Positions 18,477 to 27,827 of a stretch of 64,000 nt of DNA are shown here, one piece after another. This stretch comes from Candidatus Borrarchaeum weybense. GTDB lineage: Archaea > Asgardarchaeota > Sifarchaeia > Borrarchaeales > Borrarchaeaceae. The notes under the pieces are model-generated. The model made no database searches, had not been told where the DNA came from, and worked only from the letters and a program-made list of their open reading frames with translations. The stretch lies in contig JAHQJS010000008.1 of NCBI GenBank assembly GCA_019057385.1, positions 96,001 through 160,000 of the forward strand, in the 5' to 3' direction. Position 1 is the stretch's first letter, and each line of letters begins with the position of its first letter. The position numbers were made by a program, and so were the translations under genes.

Positions 18477-18773
18477 CTATTTACCTCCTGAAACTGAATC
18501 TAAATTCTCTAAATCCTAACATAAAACAGTTTAAAGAATATGAAAATCGTAAAAGCTGTAATAAGGTAGCTATCCATTCCTTCATAAGCCATTTTCTGGA
18601 TACTTCACATTATCCTGCATTTTTCAATTTTTCCTTCGTGTATGACAATGCAGTTTAATTTTAGAAAAAAACCTTACAAATATTATTAATCTGGTAAACT
18701 CTCTTTTTGCTCTACATGTCGATATATTTTTCTACTAATCACTTCCATAGTCTTTGGTAGCAAAATTTTTGAT

Positions 18774-19856
18774 GTGAATGTTGTGCGAACAAAAAAATTG
18801 GATAAAAGGGGTACTATTGAAATAAAAGTCGAAAATCTAGACGACCTTTGGGTTTGTTACAATATTATTCTTTTTGGAGATTTTTTATCTGCTAGAACTA
18901 CAAGACGAATTAAAAAAAAGGATTCTGATGAGGGTTCTGATAAGGGTGAGCGACGCCCCATATTCCTTGAGATCCAAGTCGAAAAAGTTTCTTATCATAG
19001 TTTTTCAAATAGATTACGTGTAACTGGAAAAATAGTTGCAGGACCGCAAGATCTTATCTCCTTAGGAGATTATCATACAATCAATCTAGAAGTCGGAACT
19101 CGTTTTAAATTAAGAAAAGACTTTTGGCCTAAGTATATGTTAATACGTCTGAAAAAAGCCGTTGAACAAATAAAAAGACCTCCTATTTTAATTGTAGCTA
19201 TAGAGACAGGAGAAGCTTGTGTGGCTAGTTTGGGTGAGTATGCAACGACTATTCATGCTAATATTCACCATAGTATTACAAGAAAAGCAAGTGCTAAGCA
19301 ATACGAACAATCTCTTCTAAAGTTTTTTGGTGACGTTGCTAATACCATTAAAGAACATATGAACTCAGATATTGAAACATTGATAATCGCTGGTCCTGGT
19401 TTTACTAAGGACTCTTTTCTTAAATATTTTAAAAATAAATTTCCAGAGCTGGTAAAAAACGTGATTATAGAAAATGTAAGCAATGGAGGCCCTAACGGAG
19501 TTCAAGAAGTCATTAAAAGAGGTGCAGCTTCTAGGATTCTGGAAGATTATCAAATAACAATTGAAAATAGGCTCCTGGAGGAACTCCTTGCCAGATTAGG
19601 TAAGGAGAAGCGAAATGTGTCCTATGGTTTTGATGATGTTAAAAAAGCAGCAGAATATGGTGCAATAGAAACTGTGCTTGTACTCGACGAGTTATTAAGG
19701 GAATTTGATATGGAAAAAAGGAAAAAACTTGAAGATCTCTTACATCAAATCGAAAAAGCAAGAGGGGAAATCGTGATTATCAGTTCACTTCATGACTCTG
19801 GGAAGACACTTCATTCACTTGGCAATATCGCCGCACTTCTAAGATTTGAAATTTGA
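18774..19856 (+). CDS. pelA: Pelota/Dom34 ribosome rescue factor
   Basis: DDLW, TTRR, RLRVTG, YHTINL, AGPGFTK, IAALLRF. Confidence 0.96.
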   Translation: MNVVRTKKLDKRGTIEIKVENLDDLWVCYNIILFGDFLSARTTRRIKKKDSDEGSDKGERRPIFLEIQVEKVSYHSFSNRLRVTGKIVAGPQDLISLGDYHTINLEVGTRFKLRKDFWPKYMLIRLKKAVEQIKRPPILIVAIETGEACVASLGEYATTIHANIHHSITRKASAKQYEQSLLKFFGDVANTIKEHMNSDIETLIIAGPGFTKDSFLKYFKNKFPELVKNVIIENVSNGGPNGVQEVIKRGAASRILEDYQITIENRLLEELLARLGKEKRNVSYGFDDVKKAAEYGAIETVLVLDELLREFDMEKRKKLEDLLHQIEKARGEIVIISSLHDSGKTLHSLGNIAALLRFEI

Positions 19857-19908
19857 TTTTTTGATCTAGTGAACTGAAGATATTTTACTTGTTAAGAATT
19901 TAAATAAC

Positions 19909-21574
19909 AAAGATAACCTTACGATTGTTTATAGAACAATGAAATGGTTGATAAAATTCCACGTTTTATAATAATCATCAATCTTTCCGTGAGAGGTAAG
20001 ACCAGCCCTAAGGTTATCAGGCCGTGTGCTCGTCACCGAGTTCAACACATGAGTCATCAATACTGTTTTTCGCAATATCTCGGCAGTCTTGAAGGATTTT
20101 ATCCCACCATGCTTGAAGAGATCATGGATCATCGACCATATACGGTAAGGACTACTCTTTTTCAAACGGGGTTCTATGTACTCCCCGACATGTGAGAGCA
20201 CCCAATCGTAGATGTCTGGAAATGCTTCCTTGAATCCCAAGCCTCTTCGAGCTATTACATAACTTGCAAGGTGATGGACTGACAAATTATGTAATCGTGA
20301 ATACTTGTATTTCCCGATGATAGAGGTGTATCCTGGAAATACTCTTCGAAAGGACACACCGCGCTTTTTACACTTCCATTCCAGCAGTTGTAAGGCGGTG
20401 GTCTTCAAATTGCTTAATTTTCGGTTAAGTTTCTTATTATAGGAAAATTCTTGATCGAATTGTAAGTCCTCAACCACGATGCCTTTGCCTTTATTAACGC
20501 AGTAATTAACGATTTTATCCATCTTATAGGAGATATAATCATTACGCTTATCTTTTCTATAGGTATGAAGATTCCCAAACGAGATGCTATGGTAGGAGAG
20601 TAAATTACCGTGTTGATCCACATTAGTTAAAGACGCAAAATTATAGTTAAAATCTAATCCGATTGCGCCATGTTCGTAATCACAAACTATTGTTGGTTCT
20701 GGGATATTATAAGACACATGAAGAAAGTAGTGTACTTTACCCTTAGAGAGTTTCCTTTTCACGGTCACGGTGTATTTATTTGTATTTAGAATTTGTTGAA
20801 ACCACTTTCCCTGCTCAGAATTTATGGATGTAGGGATGACCAGCCATTTGCGTTCCTTTTGTTTAGAAAAGGTGCGTATCTTGACGGTTTTATCGGGTAA
20901 TACCTTGATGTTCAGGTTTTGCAATCCTTGTTGTTTCTTTCCGATGCAACTGAAAGAAGAATCCCGTCGTATCCTGAACTCGTCTCTACTTATGATACCC
21001 CGTACTCTCTGCCTAAATAGTTTCTTAGTGCCGAATACTACGGTTTCGAGGTGTAAATTTTTTTGTTTAGCCATTATTGAGGATCTGCGGGCGTATAATC
21101 CTTTTAACCGTCTGTCATGTGTATCCTGTTCCTTTATTTCATTAATTTTCTTGTTAATGACTTTTAACTGCTGTATCATGCGTTTCTGTCGTTTTTTCAA
21201 CCAGGACTTCTGTTGTTTCAGTTTCATCCTGTTATCAATAAGGATGGTATTGGCATAGGGGTTGTTATGACACTGATCCATCAAACATTGTTGTATTGTT
21301 TTACCTTCACCGAATCGTTGTGACATGTAACCCTCACCATAAAACAGAAGGTTATAGCCGATTCGTTTAACACGGTTATAGATGGTAAAGATCTCATGGA
21401 GCTGATGTTCATGTGACTCATCTGGATAAATCCTGAATTTGACGGTCTGAATCATCGTGATCGACTTCTACATATCTTTTACTACATTTCATTATTAAAA
21501 CTCCAACAAAATTTAATGAGGTCATTGCACTTTATCGTGCAAGGCATTGAGTTCAGATTAATAAAATCGATATG
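19909..21574 (-). mobile_element. IS1341-like element, copy 1 (TnpB-related gene only)
   Basis: Boundaries from homology with 31847-33509: starts CATATCGATTTTAT, ends GTAAGGTTATCTTT; upstream hairpin TTGCAC-GATAAA-GTGCAA. Confidence 0.75.
19929..21455 (-). CDS. tnpB: IS200/IS605 TnpB-related protein, 508 aa (no Zn finger, atypical RuvC-III)
   Basis: KFRIYP N-terminus, RuvC-I GLDFN, RuvC-II VVEDL, PGYTS, HHLASYVIARR. Confidence 0.85.
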   Translation of the reverse strand: MIQTVKFRIYPDESHEHQLHEIFTIYNRVKRIGYNLLFYGEGYMSQRFGEGKTIQQCLMDQCHNNPYANTILIDNRMKLKQQKSWLKKRQKRMIQQLKVINKKINEIKEQDTHDRRLKGLYARRSSIMAKQKNLHLETVVFGTKKLFRQRVRGIISRDEFRIRRDSSFSCIGKKQQGLQNLNIKVLPDKTVKIRTFSKQKERKWLVIPTSINSEQGKWFQQILNTNKYTVTVKRKLSKGKVHYFLHVSYNIPEPTIVCDYEHGAIGLDFNYNFASLTNVDQHGNLLSYHSISFGNLHTYRKDKRNDYISYKMDKIVNYCVNKGKGIVVEDLQFDQEFSYNKKLNRKLSNLKTTALQLLEWKCKKRGVSFRRVFPGYTSIIGKYKYSRLHNLSVHHLASYVIARRGLGFKEAFPDIYDWVLSHVGEYIEPRLKKSSPYRIWSMIHDLFKHGGIKSFKTAEILRKTVLMTHVLNSVTSTRPDNLRAGLTSHGKIDDYYKTWNFINHFIVL

Positions 21575-21955
21575 AGAAATAACCCAGTTATCAATTTCAC
21601 AAGATTAGGGGTTTATAACTTTGATCCCTGCTTGCATATTTGAACTGGAAATATCTGAAGTTAAGTGTTCTTTCAAAGGAGGGATAGGTTGCTTCAGAGA
21701 TTACTTAATGTAGTAATCGTAATAGATTAACAAAAAGATAATAAGTTTTAGTTCGCATATTAATGTTGAATGAAGAGACGACGGTATCCTGATGCGAGAA
21801 GCGATGATGAATAGGTAGAACTGATAAAAATCAAATATTTTGTTGATTCATTCAATGCAAAAATCTTTATGATGAAAAGGCATTTGTAAGACGCAGTATG
21901 CGGATGATTGAGAGTTAAGTGCTGATTTAAACTTCCATTGAAATCTGTTCTACCT

Positions 21956-22669
21956 TCATTTTTCAAGATAAGCAAAGAAGTTTTCTTTCCCACCTTTTCC
22001 TCCCAATTTTTCAAGCTGAACAATCTTCAATTGCGTCATTTTGATGAGTTCCTTAAGTTCTTTGAAGCGAAACAGATGATAAAATCTATATACTTCATAT
22101 CGTTTGTCACTTGTTCTCCATCTCCTATAGATATCCCCAAATTCTTTTTGTCCTTTACCAAATATTCGCTTTAAAAACTCCTTTATAGCATACTTTAGAA
22201 ACCTTCTCTGCCATAATCTCCAGACAGTAAGAATAACCTTTCCTTCTTCCTTTAAGACACGATCAGTTTCTTCAAGGGTCTTCTGGCGCTCACCATGCGA
22301 GGGGAGATGATGAAGTACAGCGACAAGCAAAACAATGTCAAAGGCTGAATTTTTGAATGGAAGGTACGCCGAATCGCTAACTATGAAATCTGGTTTTCTT
22401 TTCATGTGTGGAGTAGTTTTTGCGTTAGCAATTTGAATTAAATTCCTTGAAATATCAATTCCATAAGTGTAAAAGCCTTCTTCATTCAACCAAAATACAT
22501 GCCTTCCATTACCACATCCTACATCAAGTAATTTGCATCCTTGTTTTTCGAGAAGATTGGCGATTTTAAAAAATTCTTGAACTACATGCCATGGTTTCTT
22601 TCGAACTCTTTCATAATCATAAGCAATCGTGTCATATGCGTCCTTTATCTCCTTTTTAAGAGTGCTCAC
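21956..22669 (-). CDS. Class I SAM methyltransferase, Trm9/ALKBH8-like
   Basis: YDTIA..Y...R.KPW, LDVGCGNGRH, AVLHHL, RFYHLF. Confidence 0.8.
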   Translation of the reverse strand: MSTLKKEIKDAYDTIAYDYERVRKKPWHVVQEFFKIANLLEKQGCKLLDVGCGNGRHVFWLNEEGFYTYGIDISRNLIQIANAKTTPHMKRKPDFIVSDSAYLPFKNSAFDIVLLVAVLHHLPSHGERQKTLEETDRVLKEEGKVILTVWRLWQRRFLKYAIKEFLKRIFGKGQKEFGDIYRRWRTSDKRYEVYRFYHLFRFKELKELIKMTQLKIVQLEKLGGKGGKENFFAYLEK

Positions 22670-22697
22670 AGAATTAACTTCCTTTTAAATTAAGAGT

Positions 22698-23615
22698 TTA
22701 ATGTTTTGCGTCACATTCCAGCACTATACTCCACGTATAACGTCTAAAATAGGTTTTATCAACGATTGCATCTAGTAGTTTGTATATCTTGAAGATAAAT
22801 GGATGTTTGTCAAGCAAACCTGCAAGCGGGTAGACATCGAGTGCGCTCCCTTCAATGTTGTTTATTTGTAAATCGGCTAATTTTAAGAGAGATGTAAGTT
22901 CTGAAATCGAAAAGATTTTGGTGTGATGTATATGACCTTCTTGAACAAGATATTTTTCTGCCTTGCTAAGTTCTCTTTCTCGACATCTTGAGGACATTAT
23001 TTTTACATTTTTTTGGAGTCTAAGAAATCTAAATAAAGAAGAAAAAGCTGACATAATACTTGAGATCATATTTTGACCGTTTGGTGTTGTTATCACAGCT
23101 TTTCCTTTTAAAATTCGTTTAATTTCCCAAATTGCACTTTCAGGATGTGGCAGATGTTCAATTACTTCAGATAGAAGAATTCTATCAAAGATATTCTCTT
23201 TGAATGGAAGATTTTGTGCATCGGCAACTATTAAACTAGCTTTGTTTCTATTATTTTCTACTATAGGTATCATTCTTTGAAGATGCGTAAGAGCTAAATC
23301 CATACAAACAAGCTGAATATTCGAAAACTTCGGTAAGACTGATAAAAGCGGCGATTTTCCGCTGCCTATATCCAAGATTAAATTTCCGTCTTCTATTTCC
23401 AATAATTTTAAAGAATTTTTTCGTAATTTATTCCATAGCCACTCAATTGACTGAGATTTTACTCGTTTTTTTTCTTTAGCGTCAGCCCTTGCGATGAGTT
23501 CATAGAATTTTCGCATGTTTTTTGCTCTATCTTTATTTCGCATGCAGTTTAATCCCTCTGCGAATTCGTTGTCCTGCCAATTCACTGATTTTTTGGTTGA
23601 TAATTGTATACTCAA
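22698..23615 (-). CDS. Class I SAM methyltransferase
   Basis: LDIGSG, ADAQNLPF, SEVIEHL, ITTPN. Confidence 0.85.
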   Translation of the reverse strand: MSIQLSTKKSVNWQDNEFAEGLNCMRNKDRAKNMRKFYELIARADAKEKKRVKSQSIEWLWNKLRKNSLKLLEIEDGNLILDIGSGKSPLLSVLPKFSNIQLVCMDLALTHLQRMIPIVENNRNKASLIVADAQNLPFKENIFDRILLSEVIEHLPHPESAIWEIKRILKGKAVITTPNGQNMISSIMSAFSSLFRFLRLQKNVKIMSSRCRERELSKAEKYLVQEGHIHHTKIFSISELTSLLKLADLQINNIEGSALDVYPLAGLLDKHPFIFKIYKLLDAIVDKTYFRRYTWSIVLECDAKH

Positions 23616-23656
23616 TATTTCATGAATAGACCTTTTTCGGATCCTTATAGCAATCT

Positions 23657-25735
23657 TTAGTCAGTTACAGCGTAAATACGCACTTCATCTTTTTCGTAAA
23701 TTAATTTTAGAAAGGGTGAACTGTTATAACGAGTATAAGTACCCTCATAATGATCTGAAATGACAAAGTAACCAATATCATATTTTTTCAAAAGTGTCAG
23801 TGTATCAAATGTATGTAGGTTGCTTAAAATAGTGTTTCTGTCACTAATATGTTGAGATATTCCTCTTTGAGATTCTATGTCGCTGATTAGTGGAAGCATA
23901 GGCAGTTTATGTGAATAAACAGCAATCCAAGGATTGTCATAACTTCCTGCTACTATGATACGACACCATCTTGAATCGTAATTAGAGAGCCAAATAGCTG
24001 CCCGGATTGTTGCATCAGTAGGATGACTTAAGATATGTGCTTCATCCAAGTACATCTCTTTGCTTTCAACATGAAATTGTATAGTTGAATGATAAAGGCT
24101 CACAATAAGTACAAAAATTATTGTCAATTGTACCAAAATCCTTTCATCCACTTTTAGAAACTGAAGGCCACCCACTTTTCTTTGTATAAACTTGAGAGTA
24201 TTTGGGAGGTTTCTAAAGCCGTATCCTCCAACTACACAAATCGCTAGAACGAATCCTCTGTAAAAATGGAAATAAGGAAACCCAAAGCAACTTGTTAATA
24301 TGAACAGAGGTATTATCCAACTCAATAGTAGAAGATCTTTTGTCGATCTTCGTTTAAAACTTATAAAAATGCCGTTCAACAATACAAACGTTAGCACTCC
24401 CATAATTTTCAAATAATTAGAAAGATTTTGTAAGAAAAATGCAAGATCAAACCGTAAGAAGACGAATCCTCTGTTAGTAACTCCAGATACTCGCCAATAC
24501 CCCTCTAATACATTATTAATAAGTACAATGAGTCCTCTGCTAGTCCAAAGAAGAGATATTGGGATCGCTATAAGTATCATAAGCGCTATAGCATGAAGTT
24601 CTCTGCATTTTATTGACTTTTTTTGTAGTATTAACACGAGAACATAAACACTTAAGATAATTATAATAGACATCGATAAGATAAGATGTACCAGAACTAC
24701 GCTACCAAAAAACACTCCTGCTATTATAATATGTCGTATCGATTTCTGATCAATTGCTCTGAAAAGAGAGTAAAACATGACTGCATAAAAAATGTAACCC
24801 AGAATGTTCGAATACATTCCAAATGCAAAAATAGTAAAGATCCACGGAAGAATTGCCGTAATATACGCAGTCAATAGACCTGTATATTCACCAAATTCCT
24901 TTCCTAAAATATACATCATTAGTGGAAGCATTGCAGATAGTACTGCTCCGCTATTAATAACTACGGTGAATGCACTGACCCCTAATATTATACTTAGTAG
25001 TGCGCACAAAGCATGAAACCCGATGGGATATGACAAAGGAGTTTCATTTACGATTGGCGCAAAGTTAGCTACATTTGACTTATATATCAACAATTCTGTG
25101 AGCAAAATATGCATTGTTGGATCTTCTGTTCGTGTGAGTGGTCCAATTTGAAGATAATACAAATTTGTGATAAGCCTGTAGAATATAAACAAGCAAAGAA
25201 TACCATAGAGTGGCCATAGGGACTTTTTGTGCCTTAAACTGTGCCTCAAGTAGGTCGTCCCATATCCTATAAGGATACTACCAAAAATTACAGGGATTAT
25301 TCCGTAGTAAATATCGAAAAGAAGGAATCTAGGTAGGCCTATTCCTCCAGCGTGTTTAAGGATATCCTCCAGTTGAATTAAGTCAATATTATTACCAAAA
25401 TCTGTATGTGTATTACCGATAATATAGACATCACCGCCACCCTTAGCATAATCCCTTAAAGCCTGGGTTTGACTTTTATGCAACTCTATTAACGCATCGT
25501 CTTCAATCACAATTATGTCATAATATTCCAATAATGCGGATGCAAATTCGGGAAGATCCTGCGGTTTAATGTACTCTCCATTTATATTCCATGCATTGCT
25601 TTGATAGTCTGCCATTCCAACAAAAAGAACACTTGTTTGAGCTATTGGTACTGTATAATATACACTTAGCGTAATGATGATTGCACCACATATGAGAGAG
25701 AAAAGCCTACGATCCGCAATCTTCATGTTTCTCAT
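23657..25735 (-). CDS. Polytopic membrane protein, GT-C-like glycosyltransferase
   Basis: About 13 TM helices, EDPTMH and YPIGFH loop motifs, C-terminal LLKKYDIGY...LIYEKDEVRIY domain. Confidence 0.6.
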   Translation of the reverse strand: MRNMKIADRRLFSLICGAIIITLSVYYTVPIAQTSVLFVGMADYQSNAWNINGEYIKPQDLPEFASALLEYYDIIVIEDDALIELHKSQTQALRDYAKGGGDVYIIGNTHTDFGNNIDLIQLEDILKHAGGIGLPRFLLFDIYYGIIPVIFGSILIGYGTTYLRHSLRHKKSLWPLYGILCLFIFYRLITNLYYLQIGPLTRTEDPTMHILLTELLIYKSNVANFAPIVNETPLSYPIGFHALCALLSIILGVSAFTVVINSGAVLSAMLPLMMYILGKEFGEYTGLLTAYITAILPWIFTIFAFGMYSNILGYIFYAVMFYSLFRAIDQKSIRHIIIAGVFFGSVVLVHLILSMSIIIILSVYVLVLILQKKSIKCRELHAIALMILIAIPISLLWTSRGLIVLINNVLEGYWRVSGVTNRGFVFLRFDLAFFLQNLSNYLKIMGVLTFVLLNGIFISFKRRSTKDLLLLSWIIPLFILTSCFGFPYFHFYRGFVLAICVVGGYGFRNLPNTLKFIQRKVGGLQFLKVDERILVQLTIIFVLIVSLYHSTIQFHVESKEMYLDEAHILSHPTDATIRAAIWLSNYDSRWCRIIVAGSYDNPWIAVYSHKLPMLPLISDIESQRGISQHISDRNTILSNLHTFDTLTLLKKYDIGYFVISDHYEGTYTRYNSSPFLKLIYEKDEVRIYAVTD

Positions 25736-25900
25736 CCAATCACATACGAGATAAAGATTAAGTGAGCATTTTCTATTTAGATCGATAGAGTTATATGCAA
25801 AATATATTGCTTTAAAAAACCTTGTTCTATCCAGTATGCAAGAACATTCTTTAAGGGAATTATATATTTAGTGAAACTATATCCATTATACCCTTCTTAT

Positions 25901-26039
25901 GGGCGGGTGGTCTAGATGGTTATGACGCCGCGCTTACGACGCGGAGTATCCCTAAAACTGCTTTAGGGGTCCAGAAGTCGTGAGTTCGAAGGAAAGAACC
26001 GAGAAATCGCTCTTTCTGAAAATCTCATCCCGCCCACCA
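25901..26039 (+). tRNA. tRNA-Val(TAC) with two introns (variable loop, about 25947-25976; T-loop 59/60, 25991-26022), encoded CCA
   Basis: GGGCGGG/CCCGCCC acceptor, CCGCG-CTTACGA-CGCGG anticodon arm, GTGAG/CTCAT T-stem; hairpin introns; BHB TTCG/TGAA at 59/60. Confidence 0.92.
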
Positions 26040-26107
26040 CTCTTAAATATTTCGAAAAATCGATATAATTCATTTCTTAGTGAAAAGACTTTTACTCGCA
26101 AATCAAA

Positions 26108-27037
26108 TTGGTGATAATTTTGGAGAAAACCGAAAAAATCTGGATGAATGGACACTTTGTTGACTGGGATGATGCTAAAGTTCACGTTTTAACACATGCG
26201 CTGCATTACGGCACAGGCATCTTTGAAGGGATTAGATGCTATAACACCGACAAAGGTCCAGCAATATTTCGGGCTAAAGAGCATTTCCAGCGATTTTTAA
26301 ACAGTGCAAAACTTTGCCTTATGGATATCGAGTATTCTGTTGATGAGTTCATAGGTATTGCAAAACAGTTATTGAAGATTAACAAATTAAATGAAGCTTA
26401 CATTCGACCTTGTGCATTTTATGGCTATGGTGAGATAGGGATAAAGGCATTAAATAACCCCATAGATATCGCAATGGCATGTTTTCCATTTGGGACGTAT
26501 TTAGGGGAAGAAGCTCTTAAAAAAGGCGTTAGGTGTAAAATGTCCTCGTGGGTAAGAATTGATTCAAGAATGGCACCACCATTAGCTAAAGCGGCAGCGA
26601 ATTATCTAAATTCATTCTTTGCTAAGCGTGAGGCAATTGAATGTGGATATGATGACGCGATTTTATTAAATTCTAATGGATATGTTTCAGAAGGACCTGG
26701 TGCAAATCTCTTTATCGTCAAAGATAATAAAGTTATGACTCCACCCCCTTCTGCAGGTGCATTGAGGGGCATTACTGCAGATGCCGTCATGCAAATAAGC
26801 AAAGATTTAGGATTTGAGGTAGTTTCGCAGCAAAATATCGTCCGAGAAGATTTATTCTTAGCAGATGAAGCCTTCTTTACAGGCACAGCTGTTGAGGTTA
26901 CTCCTATCCGGGAAATCGATAAGAGAGTTATTGGATCTGGAAAAAGGGGTCCAATGACCGAAAAGATACAAAGAGCATTCTTTGATACTGTTAAAGGCAA
27001 ACTTGAGAAATATCTTGATTGGCTGGTTTTTGTCTAA
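26108..27037 (+). CDS. ilvE: Branched-chain amino acid aminotransferase
   Basis: HALHYGTGIFEGIR, AKAAANY, EGPGAN, LRGIT, DEAFFTGTA. Confidence 0.96.
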   Translation: MVIILEKTEKIWMNGHFVDWDDAKVHVLTHALHYGTGIFEGIRCYNTDKGPAIFRAKEHFQRFLNSAKLCLMDIEYSVDEFIGIAKQLLKINKLNEAYIRPCAFYGYGEIGIKALNNPIDIAMACFPFGTYLGEEALKKGVRCKMSSWVRIDSRMAPPLAKAAANYLNSFFAKREAIECGYDDAILLNSNGYVSEGPGANLFIVKDNKVMTPPPSAGALRGITADAVMQISKDLGFEVVSQQNIVREDLFLADEAFFTGTAVEVTPIREIDKRVIGSGKRGPMTEKIQRAFFDTVKGKLEKYLDWLVFV

Positions 27038-27220
27038 CATATATTCTTAGCTTTCCTATCAGTCAAGTTTCTCTCTGCTACATGTCTTTCGGCTTCTTTC
27101 ACTCAAGAGTCCAAAGGCTCTTTTTAATAAGTTTAGTTAATTAATCTGCATTTACCATTAACTTTATTTTGACAGGGAGTAATACTCTTGATATATTCCT
27201 TTACTTTGGAGGATTATGAT

Positions 27221-27430
27221 ATGGATATAGATAAAGCGTTAAGACTCTTACGAGAGGTTCAACAATTAGAGAAAGAGGCTGTAGAGCGTTATACAGACCA
27301 TATATCGAAGATCGAGAACCCTGAGATCAACTCTATGTTAGAGGGCTTTAAAAGAAGCGAAGAACGGCATTATGCAGAATTGACAGAAAAAATTGAAGAA
27401 CTAAAAGAGAAATACGATATTGAGGATTAG
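27221..27430 (+). CDS. Ferritin-like two-helix protein (half bundle)
   Basis: LEKEAVERY...SEERH; ATG 27221 follows GGAGG (ORF-track start 27188). Confidence 0.7.
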   Translation: MDIDKALRLLREVQQLEKEAVERYTDHISKIENPEINSMLEGFKRSEERHYAELTEKIEELKEKYDIED

Positions 27431-27441
27431 GAGGTCGGCTT

Positions 27442-27789
27442 ATGTTTAAAAATATTAAAGAGTTACTGAAAGACGATTTGGAATTCGAAAGGCGTGCTGT
27501 ACAAATTTACAAGGATTACGGATTAGAGATCGAAGACGAAGATGCTCGAAAAATGCTGCTGACTTTCAGAAAAGATGAAATGGGGCATATGAGGGCTATC
27601 GAGAACAAACTTACAAAGATTCGTACTGAAAAGCTAAACGTCGCATTCTATTGTCCTAGATGCGGTTGGACATTGGTGTATGGTTGCAATCCAAAGACAG
27701 GCCAGGTCATAAAATGTCCCGCTTGTCATGCGCAGATTAAGTTATTTATTAATGAAGATGGAGAATACGCTGTAGAAGAGGTATTTTAA
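27442..27789 (+). CDS. Ferritin-like half bundle fused to a CxxC-CxxC metal ribbon
   Basis: FERRAVQIY...DEMGH then CPRC...CPAC. Confidence 0.7.
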   Translation: MFKNIKELLKDDLEFERRAVQIYKDYGLEIEDEDARKMLLTFRKDEMGHMRAIENKLTKIRTEKLNVAFYCPRCGWTLVYGCNPKTGQVIKCPACHAQIKLFINEDGEYAVEEVF

Positions 27790-27827
27790 GCCCATAGAGG
27801 GGCATAACCCCCCTCAAAGATTTAACA

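Noticed and set aside
21956-25900. tRNA-integrated island of methyltransferase and GT-C genes
   Set aside because: No integrase or duplicated tRNA 3' end, and the genes lie on the 5' side of the tRNA
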